From an uncultured Verrucomicrobiae bacterium (lineage in GTDB: Bacteria; Verrucomicrobiota; Verrucomicrobiia; Limisphaerales; Palsa-1400): a stretch of 64,000 nt of DNA. Of this stretch, positions 48,333 to 57,486 are shown one piece after another; the stretch's first letter is position 1, and every line of letters begins with the position of its first letter. The translations under genes were made by a program, and so were the position numbers. The stretch spans positions 3,008,001-3,072,000 of the forward strand of contig CAVXRD010000002.1 in NCBI GenBank assembly GCA_963764165.1, written 5' to 3'. Below the pieces are notes generated by a model. It was given only the letters and a program-made list of their open reading frames with translations. It ran no database searches and had not been told where the DNA came from.

Positions 48333-48689
48333 CTACTGCGGCACGACGGTGACTTTTCCTTTGGCCGCATCGTAGTCGAATTTCATGCCAACGGGCGGGT
48401 TCGGGAGCGCGCCGAGATATTGCTTGGCGACCAGTTCGTTCAGGTCTTTGGGATTGCGGCCTTCCTGGACATTGAAGAGCTGGATGTTTTGATTCAGCGC
48501 TGTCAAATCAACAACTTTGACCGCCGATTGCTGGCCTTTGACCATCGCCCCAACGTATCCGCCCGGCGCGCCGGCTGGAGTGGCGGATGGCGTGGACGCC
48601 GGTGGAGGCGGAGGCGGTGTTTGTTCTTTGCCGCAGCCTCCCGCCATGACGGCGGCGGCAACCAGCATCAGTCCGCAACAAGTCTTCAT
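48333..48689 (-). CDS. small lipoprotein with pseudopilin-head-like C-terminal region
   Basis: Lipobox-like AGGC, Pro-rich linker, LNQNIQLF...GRNPKDLNELV..YL...P.PP.G.KF.YD. Confidence 0.78.
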   Translation of the reverse strand: MKTCCGLMLVAAAVMAGGCGKEQTPPPPPPASTPSATPAGAPGGYVGAMVKGQQSAVKVVDLTALNQNIQLFNVQEGRNPKDLNELVAKQYLGALPNPPVGMKFDYDAAKGKVTVVPQ

Positions 48690-48734
48690 GTGGCAAAGTT
48701 ATGCCTGTGCCGTGAAAAAATCAATCGCCGGGGG

Positions 48735-48790
48735 GCCACGGATTAAAACAGATTTTGATTTATCTGTGTTGATCTGCGTCAATCTGTGGC
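48735..48790. repeat. palindrome, family C
   Basis: GCCACGGATTAAAACAGAT...ATCTGTGTTGATCTGCGTCAATCTGTGGC. Confidence 0.65.
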
Positions 48791-48853
48791 TCTTTGGGCG
48801 GGAGACGTTTTTTCAGGCTCGCCTGACGCTCCCAACCAAAGTTTAATGCTGCC

Positions 48854-51580
48854 ATGTTGACACGCCTCCAAACGACATTGCTCAGCCTGGCTTTGTTGAT
48901 AGCCGGCCTGTGGAATCCCGCGACGCGAGCGGAAGACGCGCCGCAGCGGATCGATTTGGATTCTGATTGGAAACTGTCTTCCTCCAAAATCAATGCGTCC
49001 GGCGACACCATTTCCACCGCCGACTTTAAGCCGGCAGGCTGGCAATCCACCACGGTGCCTTCCACTGTCGTTGGCAGCCTGGTCGAGAGCGGCCACTACA
49101 CCAACCCCTTCTTCGGGACAAATCTCCGCTCGCTGCCCGGCATGAGCTATCCCATCGGGGCAAATTTTTCCCTTCGTGAAATGCCGACCAACAGCCCTTT
49201 CCACGTCTCGTGGTGGTACCGGCGGGAATTTCAATTGCCGACGCCGAGGATTGGCCAGGTATGGCTTCATTTCCTCGGGATCAATTATCGCGCCAATATC
49301 TGGCTGAACGGGAAATTGATTGCCAGCGACAAGGAGGTCGCGGGCGCCTACCGGACGTATGAATTCAACGTAACCGACGCCGTGGCGCCAGCCTGGAAAA
49401 ATGTGCTGGCGGTCGAAGTCTTCCCGCCGGAACCCGACAACCTCGCCTTGACGTGGGTGGATTGGAACCCGGCCCCGCCGGACAAAGACATGGGACTATG
49501 GCGCGAAGTTTATTTGACAACGACGGGGCCGGTGGAGATTCGCCATCCGCAAATCGTCACGAAGTTGAACCTGCCCGCGCTCACTGAAGCCGCCCTGACC
49601 GTTCGCGCGGAATTGCACAATGCCACCGACAAAGCCGTGAGGGCGACGCTGCAGGGGCAAATTGAGTCGGTGAATTTCAAGCAAACCGCGCAACTCGGCC
49701 CGCATGAACACAAGGAAATCGTCTTTGCGCCGGACACTTACACACAACTCGTTTTCTCCAATCCGCGTTTGTGGTGGCCGACGGAGATTGGTCCGCAAAA
49801 CTTGCACAACGCGGAGTTCACCGTGCTCGTTGACGGCAAAATTTCCGACACGAACACCGTTCAATTTGGCATGAGGGAGGCCACGTCGGAACTGGACGCC
49901 AAGGGCCATCGCGTTTTCAAAATCAACGGCCAGCCGATTCTGATTCGCGGCGGCGGATGGGCGCCGGATATGTTTCTTCGATCATCCGCCGTGCGCGAAG
50001 CGCAAGAGCTGAGTTACGTGACGGACATGCACTTGAACGCGATTCGTTTCGAGGGAAAAACGGAGAGCGACCGTTTTCTTAATACCTGCGACGAACTTGG
50101 CATCATGGTCATCGCCGGTTGGTGCTGCTGCGACTTTTGGGAAAAATGGCCCAAGTGGAAGGACGTTGATTACGAAATCGCCAAGGATTCGTTGCGCGAT
50201 CAAACCAAGCGCATTCGCAATCACCCCAGCGTCATCACATGGTGGTATGGCAGCGATAACCCGCCCAACGAACGCGCGGAGAAAAATTATCTCGATGTCT
50301 TCAAGGAGGTTCACTGGCCGAACTCCTTCCAATCGTCCGCTTCAGGCGCGAAGTCGCCGGTGGGCGAGAAGACGGGAATCCGCATGACCGGCCCCTATGA
50401 ATACGTGCCGCCGGTTTACTGGTACGTTGATAAGAAAGCGGGCGGCGCATACAGCTTCAACACGGAGACAAGTCCCGGCCCGGCCATTCCGGTGATCGAG
50501 AGCCTGCGCGAGATGCTGCCGCCCGAGCATCTGTGGCCCATTGATGACGTGTGGAGTTTTCATTCCGGCGGAGGGCCGTTCAAGCACCTGGATATTTTCA
50601 CCGAGGCGCTTGCCAAACGCCTCGGCGCGGCAACCAACGTGGAGGAATATTCGCGCAAAGCTCAGTTCATGGCTTACGACGGGGAGCGCGCGATGTTCGA
50701 GGCTTACGGACGAAATAAATTCGATTCCACCGGCGTGATTCAGTGGATGATGAACAACGCCTGGCCCTCGATGATCTGGCATTTGTACGATTATTACCTG
50801 CGCCCCGGCGGCGGCTATTTCGGCGCGAAGAAAGCCTGCGAGCCGCTGCACATCCAATACTCCTACGACGACCGCTCCATTGTCATCGTCAATAATTATT
50901 TTTGGGATTTCTCGAATTCCGTCGCGACGGTTAAAATTTACAACTTGGATGGCGCGGAAAAATTCTCCCAAAAAATCACAACGAATGTGCTGGCAGCGAC
51001 AAACGTCCGCCTCATGACCCTGCCCACACCGGAAGGATTGAGTTCCGTTTATTTTGTGCGCCTCGAGTTGGCGGACGAGCACGGTGAAATGAAGAGCCGC
51101 AATGATTATGCGCTTTCGCTCCAGCCGGACACGCTCGGCGAGCCCAAGGAAGGATCGGATTGGTATTACACGCCGACCAAGCAATTTGCCGACTTCACGG
51201 CGTTGGAAAAGATACCACCGGCAAAACTCAAAATAGGTCTGGTTGTCAACGAGGACATGGCTGATGAAGCCGTCATTTCCGTGCAGAATGCATCAAAGAC
51301 TCCCGCGTTTTTTCTGAGGTTTCAAATTTACACGAATGCGGTCAATTCGATGGGAAATGCGAGAGATATTAATCCGGTATACTGGAATGACAATTTTGTA
51401 ACAATTTTCCCAGGCGAGACCCGCACGATGATTGCGAAGCACAACCTCAAAGCGGCTAAAATGCGGAGTTACGATATCATGTTTGCTATCGAAGGATGGA
51501 ACGTTAGTCCAATCTACACCAACGGCCTCGACGATGGAACTTCTCGCATTAAATGGGGGGGGACACCCATGCCGCCTTAA
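48854..51580 (+). CDS. GH2 glycoside hydrolase, exo-beta-D-glucosaminidase (CsxA-like), exported
   Basis: Signal peptide; WVDWNP.PPDKDMGLWR, GWCCCD.WE, NHPS....GSD, FNTETSPG, QWM.NNAWPS. Confidence 0.9.
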   Translation: MLTRLQTTLLSLALLIAGLWNPATRAEDAPQRIDLDSDWKLSSSKINASGDTISTADFKPAGWQSTTVPSTVVGSLVESGHYTNPFFGTNLRSLPGMSYPIGANFSLREMPTNSPFHVSWWYRREFQLPTPRIGQVWLHFLGINYRANIWLNGKLIASDKEVAGAYRTYEFNVTDAVAPAWKNVLAVEVFPPEPDNLALTWVDWNPAPPDKDMGLWREVYLTTTGPVEIRHPQIVTKLNLPALTEAALTVRAELHNATDKAVRATLQGQIESVNFKQTAQLGPHEHKEIVFAPDTYTQLVFSNPRLWWPTEIGPQNLHNAEFTVLVDGKISDTNTVQFGMREATSELDAKGHRVFKINGQPILIRGGGWAPDMFLRSSAVREAQELSYVTDMHLNAIRFEGKTESDRFLNTCDELGIMVIAGWCCCDFWEKWPKWKDVDYEIAKDSLRDQTKRIRNHPSVITWWYGSDNPPNERAEKNYLDVFKEVHWPNSFQSSASGAKSPVGEKTGIRMTGPYEYVPPVYWYVDKKAGGAYSFNTETSPGPAIPVIESLREMLPPEHLWPIDDVWSFHSGGGPFKHLDIFTEALAKRLGAATNVEEYSRKAQFMAYDGERAMFEAYGRNKFDSTGVIQWMMNNAWPSMIWHLYDYYLRPGGGYFGAKKACEPLHIQYSYDDRSIVIVNNYFWDFSNSVATVKIYNLDGAEKFSQKITTNVLAATNVRLMTLPTPEGLSSVYFVRLELADEHGEMKSRNDYALSLQPDTLGEPKEGSDWYYTPTKQFADFTALEKIPPAKLKIGLVVNEDMADEAVISVQNASKTPAFFLRFQIYTNAVNSMGNARDINPVYWNDNFVTIFPGETRTMIAKHNLKAAKMRSYDIMFAIEGWNVSPIYTNGLDDGTSRIKWGGTPMPP

Positions 51581-51729
51581 TGAACACAGTCCGCAAACGG
51601 GCGTTGGCGGCGCTTGATTCTTTGCCGCTCACCGCGCGCATGACGAACATTCCAGCCATATTCCCGTTCAGCCCATGCCGATTTTTGTTTGTCAGCGGCG
51701 GCGGAATATGAGATTTTTCCGCGCAACGC

Positions 51730-52350
51730 ATGCCTGCCAAATCCAAAAAAGACCCACAGGTGGACGCTTACATTTCCAAGGCGCCCGAGTTTGCAAAACC
51801 GATCCTCACGCACCTGCGCGAGCTGGTTCACACCGCCTGCCCGGATGTCGAGGAAACCATGAAATGGAGCCGCCCGCATTTCTACCACAAAGGCATGATG
51901 TGCGGCATGTCGGCTTTCAAGCAGCATTGCTCCTTTGGCTTTTGGCTGCATGACCAAGTGGTGGGCGAAGCGGCAAAGAGTTCCACCGAGGGCGAGGGGA
52001 TGGGGCAATTCGGGAAAATTATTTCCCTGGCCGATTTGCCGCCTGACAAGCAAATCATCGCTTATGTCAAGAAGGCGGCGGCCTTGAATGAGGCGGGCGT
52101 CAAGCGCCCCGCCCCGCCGCGGCCAAAGGAACCTCGCGAGTTGGTTGTGCCGGATGTCATCATAAACGCACTCAAGAAAAACAAAAAGGCACAAGCTGCC
52201 TTCGAGGCTTTCAGCTACAGCCACAAAAAGGAATACGTCGAGTGGATCACGGAAGCCAAACGCGACGAAACTCGGGACAAGCGCATCGAGACGATGATGC
52301 AATGGCTTGCCGAAGGAAAATCCCGCCACTGGAAATACCAGAATTGTTAA
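51730..52350 (+). CDS. YdeI/OmpD-associated family protein
   Basis: DPQVDAYI, LRELVH, E.MKWSRP, FSYSHKKEYVEWITEAKRDETR. Confidence 0.9.
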   Translation: MPAKSKKDPQVDAYISKAPEFAKPILTHLRELVHTACPDVEETMKWSRPHFYHKGMMCGMSAFKQHCSFGFWLHDQVVGEAAKSSTEGEGMGQFGKIISLADLPPDKQIIAYVKKAAALNEAGVKRPAPPRPKEPRELVVPDVIINALKKNKKAQAAFEAFSYSHKKEYVEWITEAKRDETRDKRIETMMQWLAEGKSRHWKYQNC

Positions 52351-53555
52351 GTGGTCGACGTCGACGGCTGCTGCTTCGGAAGCGAAAGGAAGGACATCGC
52401 AATGAAAGCGGTTACGAAACAAAGCCCGGCGCAGACGAGGAACGGGATCGTTGGATGGATTACAAAAATTGTGGCCGCGAAGACAGGCCCGACGATCCGC
52501 GCCAGGCTTCCCACGCCCTGTGCGACACCCATCGTGGCGCCTTGCTCAGTCGAGGGCGTCAGCATGGAGATCATGCCGAAGACAGGCGGGCGCGTGAGGC
52601 TGGAGCCTATCGCGAATACACCGAGGCCTGCGAACAACGCCCCCCACTTCAAAAGAAACGGAAGCACGCCAATTCCAACAGCGGCCAGAAACAAGCTGGC
52701 CGCAATCAATCTTCCCTCCCCGATTTTCTTGACCGACCGCCGAACGCCGCCTTGCGACAAGGCGCCAATCACACCGCAATAGGCAATCAGCCAGGACGTC
52801 GTCGACAGGCTTGCCTCCGGATCAATGCCAAAGTTCTTGATGACGAGCAGGCCGATGGTTGTCTCAAAGCTGCTGAAACAAAACGTAGCCAGAAAGAAAA
52901 TCAGCACGAGCAAATTGAGCCGCGGCGTGCTCAAGACGTGCAGCCATTGCTGGAGATGGGGCCGCTGCGTCACCGAATGGGCGGATGGCTTCCAACTCTC
53001 CGCGAGCCGCATGGATGCCCACACGAAATTCAGCGCGCACAAGCTGGCGGCAGTCCATCCCGGTCCCCGCATCCCGAGATATTTTGTGCTCAACGCGCCC
53101 AGCACCGGCCCGAAGACGAAACCGAGGCCGAACGCCATCCCGATCAATCCCATTTTGGCGGAACGCTCCTCGGGCGGAGTGATGTCGGCGATGTATGCCT
53201 GCGCGACCGTGATGTTTGCCCCGCAGATGCCCGCGAACATCCGTGACCCCAGCATCACGATGAGCGCCGTCTGTCCCGTCAGTCCCGAACCGATGGCAAA
53301 AATAACATACGACAAACAAGCGCACGCAGTGCTTCCCAGCAAGACGGGCCGCCTGCCGATTCGGTCCGACAGCCGCCCCCAGATCGGCGCAAAGATAAAT
53401 TGCATCAGCGAATAGGAACTCATGATTGCGCCAATCATGAGTCCGCTGGCGTTGAAGTTTTTGCTGTAAATGGGAACGAGCGGCAGGACCAGCCCGAAGC
53501 CAATCAGGTCGATCAGGACTGTCAAAAATATAATTGAAACGGATGCTTTTTTCAT
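52347..53555 (-). CDS. MFS transporter (TetA/DHA1-like)
   Basis: DLIGFGLVLP, GRLSDRIGRRPVL, AYIADIT, GFVFGP. Confidence 0.93.
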   Translation of the reverse strand: MKKASVSIIFLTVLIDLIGFGLVLPLVPIYSKNFNASGLMIGAIMSSYSLMQFIFAPIWGRLSDRIGRRPVLLGSTACACLSYVIFAIGSGLTGQTALIVMLGSRMFAGICGANITVAQAYIADITPPEERSAKMGLIGMAFGLGFVFGPVLGALSTKYLGMRGPGWTAASLCALNFVWASMRLAESWKPSAHSVTQRPHLQQWLHVLSTPRLNLLVLIFFLATFCFSSFETTIGLLVIKNFGIDPEASLSTTSWLIAYCGVIGALSQGGVRRSVKKIGEGRLIAASLFLAAVGIGVLPFLLKWGALFAGLGVFAIGSSLTRPPVFGMISMLTPSTEQGATMGVAQGVGSLARIVGPVFAATIFVIHPTIPFLVCAGLCFVTAFIAMSFLSLPKQQPSTSTT

Positions 53556-53665
53556 GAGATGCGGCCGGCTTCACTATGCAACAGCGTGTGGGGGGCGGGC
53601 AACGGCAAAGCCTTTTTTGGCGTGGCCAAACGAATCTTAGTTTCCACGAGCTTCAAGCTCGTGGA

Positions 53666-53768
53666 AGGTAGCAACGCCTCGCCGAGGCGTCCGGGGTGAG
53701 GCATTGTCCATGCGCAAGCCGCGGCATCAATCACACGCAACCGGACGCCTCGGCGAGGCGTCCCTACC
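53666..53768. repeat. REPIN-like doublet palindrome, family A
   Basis: ACGCCTCGCCGAGGCGTCCGGGGTGAGG...CGCAACCGGACGCCTCGGCGAGGCGTCCCTACC. Confidence 0.88.
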
Positions 53769-53793
53769 ATGGGATTAAGACGTCGGCGCACTG

Positions 53794-55167
53794 CTACTTT
53801 TGGATAATCTCCATGTCATCGCCGAGGGCGCGCTGGAGGCGGGCGCGGGCCACGGCGTAATCGTGCAGCGCCTGCGCCTGCGTCGTGCGGGCCTGGGTGA
53901 GGGCGGTTTGGGCGCTCAAGACATCCAACTGCGTGCTGGTGCCCGCTTTGTGACGCGCTTCCGCCAGCCGCAAGGCTTCCTGCGCCTCTTCCTGGACTTT
54001 CTTTTGCGAATCCAGAAGCTCCTTCGATTCAATGTAGGTGGAATAAGCGGTGCGGACATCCAATTCAATTTGCCGCCCGGATTCGTCGACATCAAATTTG
54101 GCTTTGTCGTAGCGCGCCCGGGCTTCGACCACCTTGCCGTGCGTCAGCCGACCGTCAAATATATTCCAAGTCAACTGCGCGCCCGCGATCCAGCCGTATA
54201 AATTGTCGCTCAGGTTGTCTTCGTAAGGCGGGCTTTGCCATTGATAGCCGCCGTAAAGCTGCACGGACGGTTTGTAATTTGCCTTCGCCGTCCGCACATC
54301 CTCGCGGCGCAGCAACGCCGCTTTCCGCATGGCCGCCAGCTCCGGCCTTTTGGCCAGCGCCTTGGTCATGGCGCGCGACAAATCAATTTCGTAAGGCCGC
54401 TCATCGAGGGTGTCGGTTAAAGTTAACGGCACGTCCGCATCAATGGCATTGGGCAAATGCACGGCAAGCAGATTGAGCAACTTGTCCTTCCCGATCCGAA
54501 AATCATTCTTCGCCTGGATCAGGCGCGGCCGCTCGTTGGCAAGCTCGACTTGCGCGCGCAGAACGTCAAATTGTGGAACCGTTCCGGCGGTGAAGCGGCG
54601 TTGGACATCTTCGAGTTCGTTTGTCAACAATTGCACGGAGGCTTCATGCACGGCCATTTGCTGGATGGCCAGCAGCACGTCGTCGTAAGCCACGCGCACG
54701 GCAAGAAGGGTGTCGGCCAGCGTGGCCTGGTAATTTAACAGGGCTTCCTCGCGAGTCAGCTTGGCCGAGCGAATTGCCGAGACAATGCGCCCGCCCGCGT
54801 AAATGGACTGCTGCACTTTGACGTCCGCATTCCAATTCTGGTCGGGGAAATGGATGTAATTGTCAAACGGCGCGGGCAGCGGAAAGGTTTCGATCAGGCG
54901 CGATTGCTCCGCGTTGAACGCGCCGCCCGCGGAAACCTGGGGATAAGCGATGGCGCGCAACTGCATTTCGATTCCGTAGGACGCGCGCAAATCCGCCTTG
55001 CCCTTCAGGAGGGACGTATTTTGGCGCAGCGCAATGGCGATGGCATCGGCGCAGGAAAGCGGGCGGCCCAGAAAATTGGTCGCGTCGTGCGGACTGGTTT
55101 GCGCGCGAGCCCACAGCGGCAAAAAGACCGCCAGGGCGAGGATCGCGGGCAAGATTCTTCGATTCAT
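53794..55167 (-). CDS. TolC-family outer membrane protein
   Basis: Signal peptide, AGTVPQFDVLRAQV, KRPEL, AGTSTQLDVL. Confidence 0.9.
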   Translation of the reverse strand: MNRRILPAILALAVFLPLWARAQTSPHDATNFLGRPLSCADAIAIALRQNTSLLKGKADLRASYGIEMQLRAIAYPQVSAGGAFNAEQSRLIETFPLPAPFDNYIHFPDQNWNADVKVQQSIYAGGRIVSAIRSAKLTREEALLNYQATLADTLLAVRVAYDDVLLAIQQMAVHEASVQLLTNELEDVQRRFTAGTVPQFDVLRAQVELANERPRLIQAKNDFRIGKDKLLNLLAVHLPNAIDADVPLTLTDTLDERPYEIDLSRAMTKALAKRPELAAMRKAALLRREDVRTAKANYKPSVQLYGGYQWQSPPYEDNLSDNLYGWIAGAQLTWNIFDGRLTHGKVVEARARYDKAKFDVDESGRQIELDVRTAYSTYIESKELLDSQKKVQEEAQEALRLAEARHKAGTSTQLDVLSAQTALTQARTTQAQALHDYAVARARLQRALGDDMEIIQK

Positions 55168-55180
55168 AACAATTGAGCGT

Positions 55181-55903
55181 TCAACGCCAGAGCCACCAAG
55201 TCAACAGCGGCGCGAACAGCAGGCTCGGAAAGTAATCGGCCACTTCAATTTTTTTCAAGCCCAGGATGAGCATGGCCACACAGAAAATCAGCAGGCCGTC
55301 GGTGACATTGAGCATGTCCAGCAGCGGCCACGGGCGCTGGTGCAGCCACAAATCCACGACCTGAAAACCGCGCGTCATGGCGCTCTCCACCGCCAGCACC
55401 GGCACCGCCGACAGAATAACGCCCGCGCCAAAGGTCTGGCAGAAAGCGAACGTGGCCAGGCCATCGACCGCCGCCTTGACGACAAACACCGGCGAAAATC
55501 CGCTCAACCCCTCCTGCGCGCTGGCCAGCAGCGCCAGCGGCCCGATGCAAAAAAGCCCGGTGGCCAGGAGAAATCCCTGGTTGAATTTGTTGTCGGGCGA
55601 AGGTTTGGTTAGCGCCTCCGTCGCGCTGCGCCCGATGGCGTTGGAAAATTTTTGCAGCCGCAATAATTTGCCGGTGAGCTTTCCCAGCATCATGGCCAGA
55701 AGAACAATCGCCAGTTCCTTGACGACCTGGCGAAAGCTGCCGTTGATATTGGCCCAGGAGAGCTTGATGCCAAACCACATCGTGAAAACGCCCAGCAAAA
55801 TTTTCAGCGAAAGCGCGTAATGGCCCGGAATCTGTTTGCGCGCGGCCAATCCCCAGGCGCCGCCGGCGATGATGCCAAGCGCATTGATCAATGCGCCGGT
55901 CAT
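55181..55903 (-). CDS. DUF554 (YdfK-like) membrane protein
   Basis: MTGALINALGII.G, LFCIGPL, K...DG, FGAGVILSA; start set at ATG 55903. Confidence 0.85.
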   Translation of the reverse strand: MTGALINALGIIAGGAWGLAARKQIPGHYALSLKILLGVFTMWFGIKLSWANINGSFRQVVKELAIVLLAMMLGKLTGKLLRLQKFSNAIGRSATEALTKPSPDNKFNQGFLLATGLFCIGPLALLASAQEGLSGFSPVFVVKAAVDGLATFAFCQTFGAGVILSAVPVLAVESAMTRGFQVVDLWLHQRPWPLLDMLNVTDGLLIFCVAMLILGLKKIEVADYFPSLLFAPLLTWWLWR

Positions 55904-56004
55904 GTGAATAGCCCGACCGCTTCCATTTTCGCGAACATCGCATATCAATACCGGCAGGGAGCGAGTCCTGTCGAACCCGGAATCATCCCTTTCAGGTAAG
56001 GCAA

Positions 56005-56127
56005 GGTAGGGCGAGGCTCCTGCCGAGCCGCTCCCATTATTCCCATTATTCCCATTGCTCGCATGAAAATGGGACGGATGGGAGTAATGGGAGTGATGGG
56101 AATAGCTCGGGCAGCCTCGCCTTGCCA
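56005..56127. repeat. REP doublet (family D) enclosing inverted 9-bp tandem arrays
   Basis: GGTAGGGCGAGGCTCCTGCCGAGC; CCCATTATT-type x3; ATGGGAGTA-like x4; GCTCGGGCAGCCTCGCCTTGCC. Confidence 0.75.
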
Positions 56128-56193
56128 CGATTCGCGGTGGATTGGAGAGAGGCTGGACTATCAGCCGCCAATCTGTCAAAGTGCGGGGCAGTT

Positions 56194-57447
56194 ATGACTT
56201 CACTGAAACTAACTGCTATTGCGAAAAACCCCCTTCTTGCCGCTGCCGCCAGCTTGGCGCTGGTTGCCGGCTGCAAAACTGCGCCGCCTCAAATGGCCGC
56301 TTCGTCGACGCCGTCCGTGGCCGTTTCGAAGGAACCCGGCATCTGTGTCATTGAAGCGCCCGGCGGTGTTTGTAAAATTACAATTGTCACAACCAATGCC
56401 ACCGATATGTCCGATTGGGCGCGGCAGAAGCTGGCCCCGGTGCTGGCGGAATGGTATCCGCGCCTGTGCGCGATGCTGCCCTCGCCCGGTTACACGCCGC
56501 CGACGAATTTCATCGTGATCATTGCTCCCGGCGACGGCGTGGCCGCGACCGGCGGCACGCGCGTCACGGCCAACGCGGATTGGATGCGCAAGGAACTCGA
56601 CAAGCAGGCCATCGGAGCACTGCTGCACGAGGAAGTGCATGTGGTCCAGCAATACGGCTATGCCCGGCGCAACGGCGTGCAGGGCAATTTCTCTTACGGC
56701 GACATCACGAATCTTCCGGCCCTTGCCCAGCGGATCAAGGAGAAGGCGGATTCCATGTCCGTGTTCATTGGCGACCAGTTGACGCCGTCCGAGCAAAAGG
56801 CGCTGGCGGACTACCACGGCCCGGGGCCGAAAGCGTTTGCGCTGAGGACAAACCTGGTGGCGGCGTTAAATCGCGTCATCTCCGGCCCTCAGCTTTACGA
56901 GGATCTTTACAAGGGCTTCACGCTCCGCGAAAGCACGACCAATCTTCTGGCCGACAAACAGACAGGCAGCGATTTGAAGCGCCTGAACCGCTCGTTGATC
57001 GAGGACGTTTATGCGGGCGATTTGACGCGGCGGTCGGGAGGCGGAGGGCGCCGCGGCGGCGGCGGTCCTGATACCGGTTGGTTGACAGAGGGAATTCCCG
57101 ATTATATTCGCTGGTTCCTTTACGAACCGCAATCCCACGGGGCCAGCGCCGAATACATCCAGGGGCGAATCGCCAGCGACGCCAAAAAAGGAAAAGTTTA
57201 CGAGCCCAAATATGACGAGAAGTACCGCATCAGCGCCAATTTTCTGAATTACGTTTCCAAGAAATATGATTCCGAAATCGTCGCCAAGGTGAACAGCGCC
57301 TTGCGCCAGGGGAAGTACTACGACGACTTTTGGCTCGATGCGACGGGAAAGACGGTCGGCCAACTGAATGACGAATGGACGGCCAATCTTCACGCGGAAA
57401 TCAAGAAGTTGAAGCCGAAAGTTGCGGCGGCCCCGGCGAAATCTTGA
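56194..57447 (+). CDS. lipoprotein, basic-secretory-protein (BSP) family zinc metallopeptidase with large insertion
   Basis: Lipobox VAGC; GVAAT.G; HEEVHVVQQY (HExxH); WLTEGIPDYIR; FL.YV..KY; TGKTV.QL..EW. Confidence 0.82.
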   Translation: MTSLKLTAIAKNPLLAAAASLALVAGCKTAPPQMAASSTPSVAVSKEPGICVIEAPGGVCKITIVTTNATDMSDWARQKLAPVLAEWYPRLCAMLPSPGYTPPTNFIVIIAPGDGVAATGGTRVTANADWMRKELDKQAIGALLHEEVHVVQQYGYARRNGVQGNFSYGDITNLPALAQRIKEKADSMSVFIGDQLTPSEQKALADYHGPGPKAFALRTNLVAALNRVISGPQLYEDLYKGFTLRESTTNLLADKQTGSDLKRLNRSLIEDVYAGDLTRRSGGGGRRGGGGPDTGWLTEGIPDYIRWFLYEPQSHGASAEYIQGRIASDAKKGKVYEPKYDEKYRISANFLNYVSKKYDSEIVAKVNSALRQGKYYDDFWLDATGKTVGQLNDEWTANLHAEIKKLKPKVAAAPAKS

Positions 57448-57486
57448 GCGAGTTCAAGACGAATGCCGCGTTGACCAAATCAGGAC

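Noticed and set aside
55904..56179. N-terminal extensions in the ORF track (55181-56179, 28206-28709, 42548-43198, 295-1056)
   Set aside because: Extensions run through repeats or promoter DNA; family-typical starts lie downstream
56680..57070. BSP insertion as an intein
   Set aside because: No C/S start with HN-C/S/T end and no Hint-like motifs
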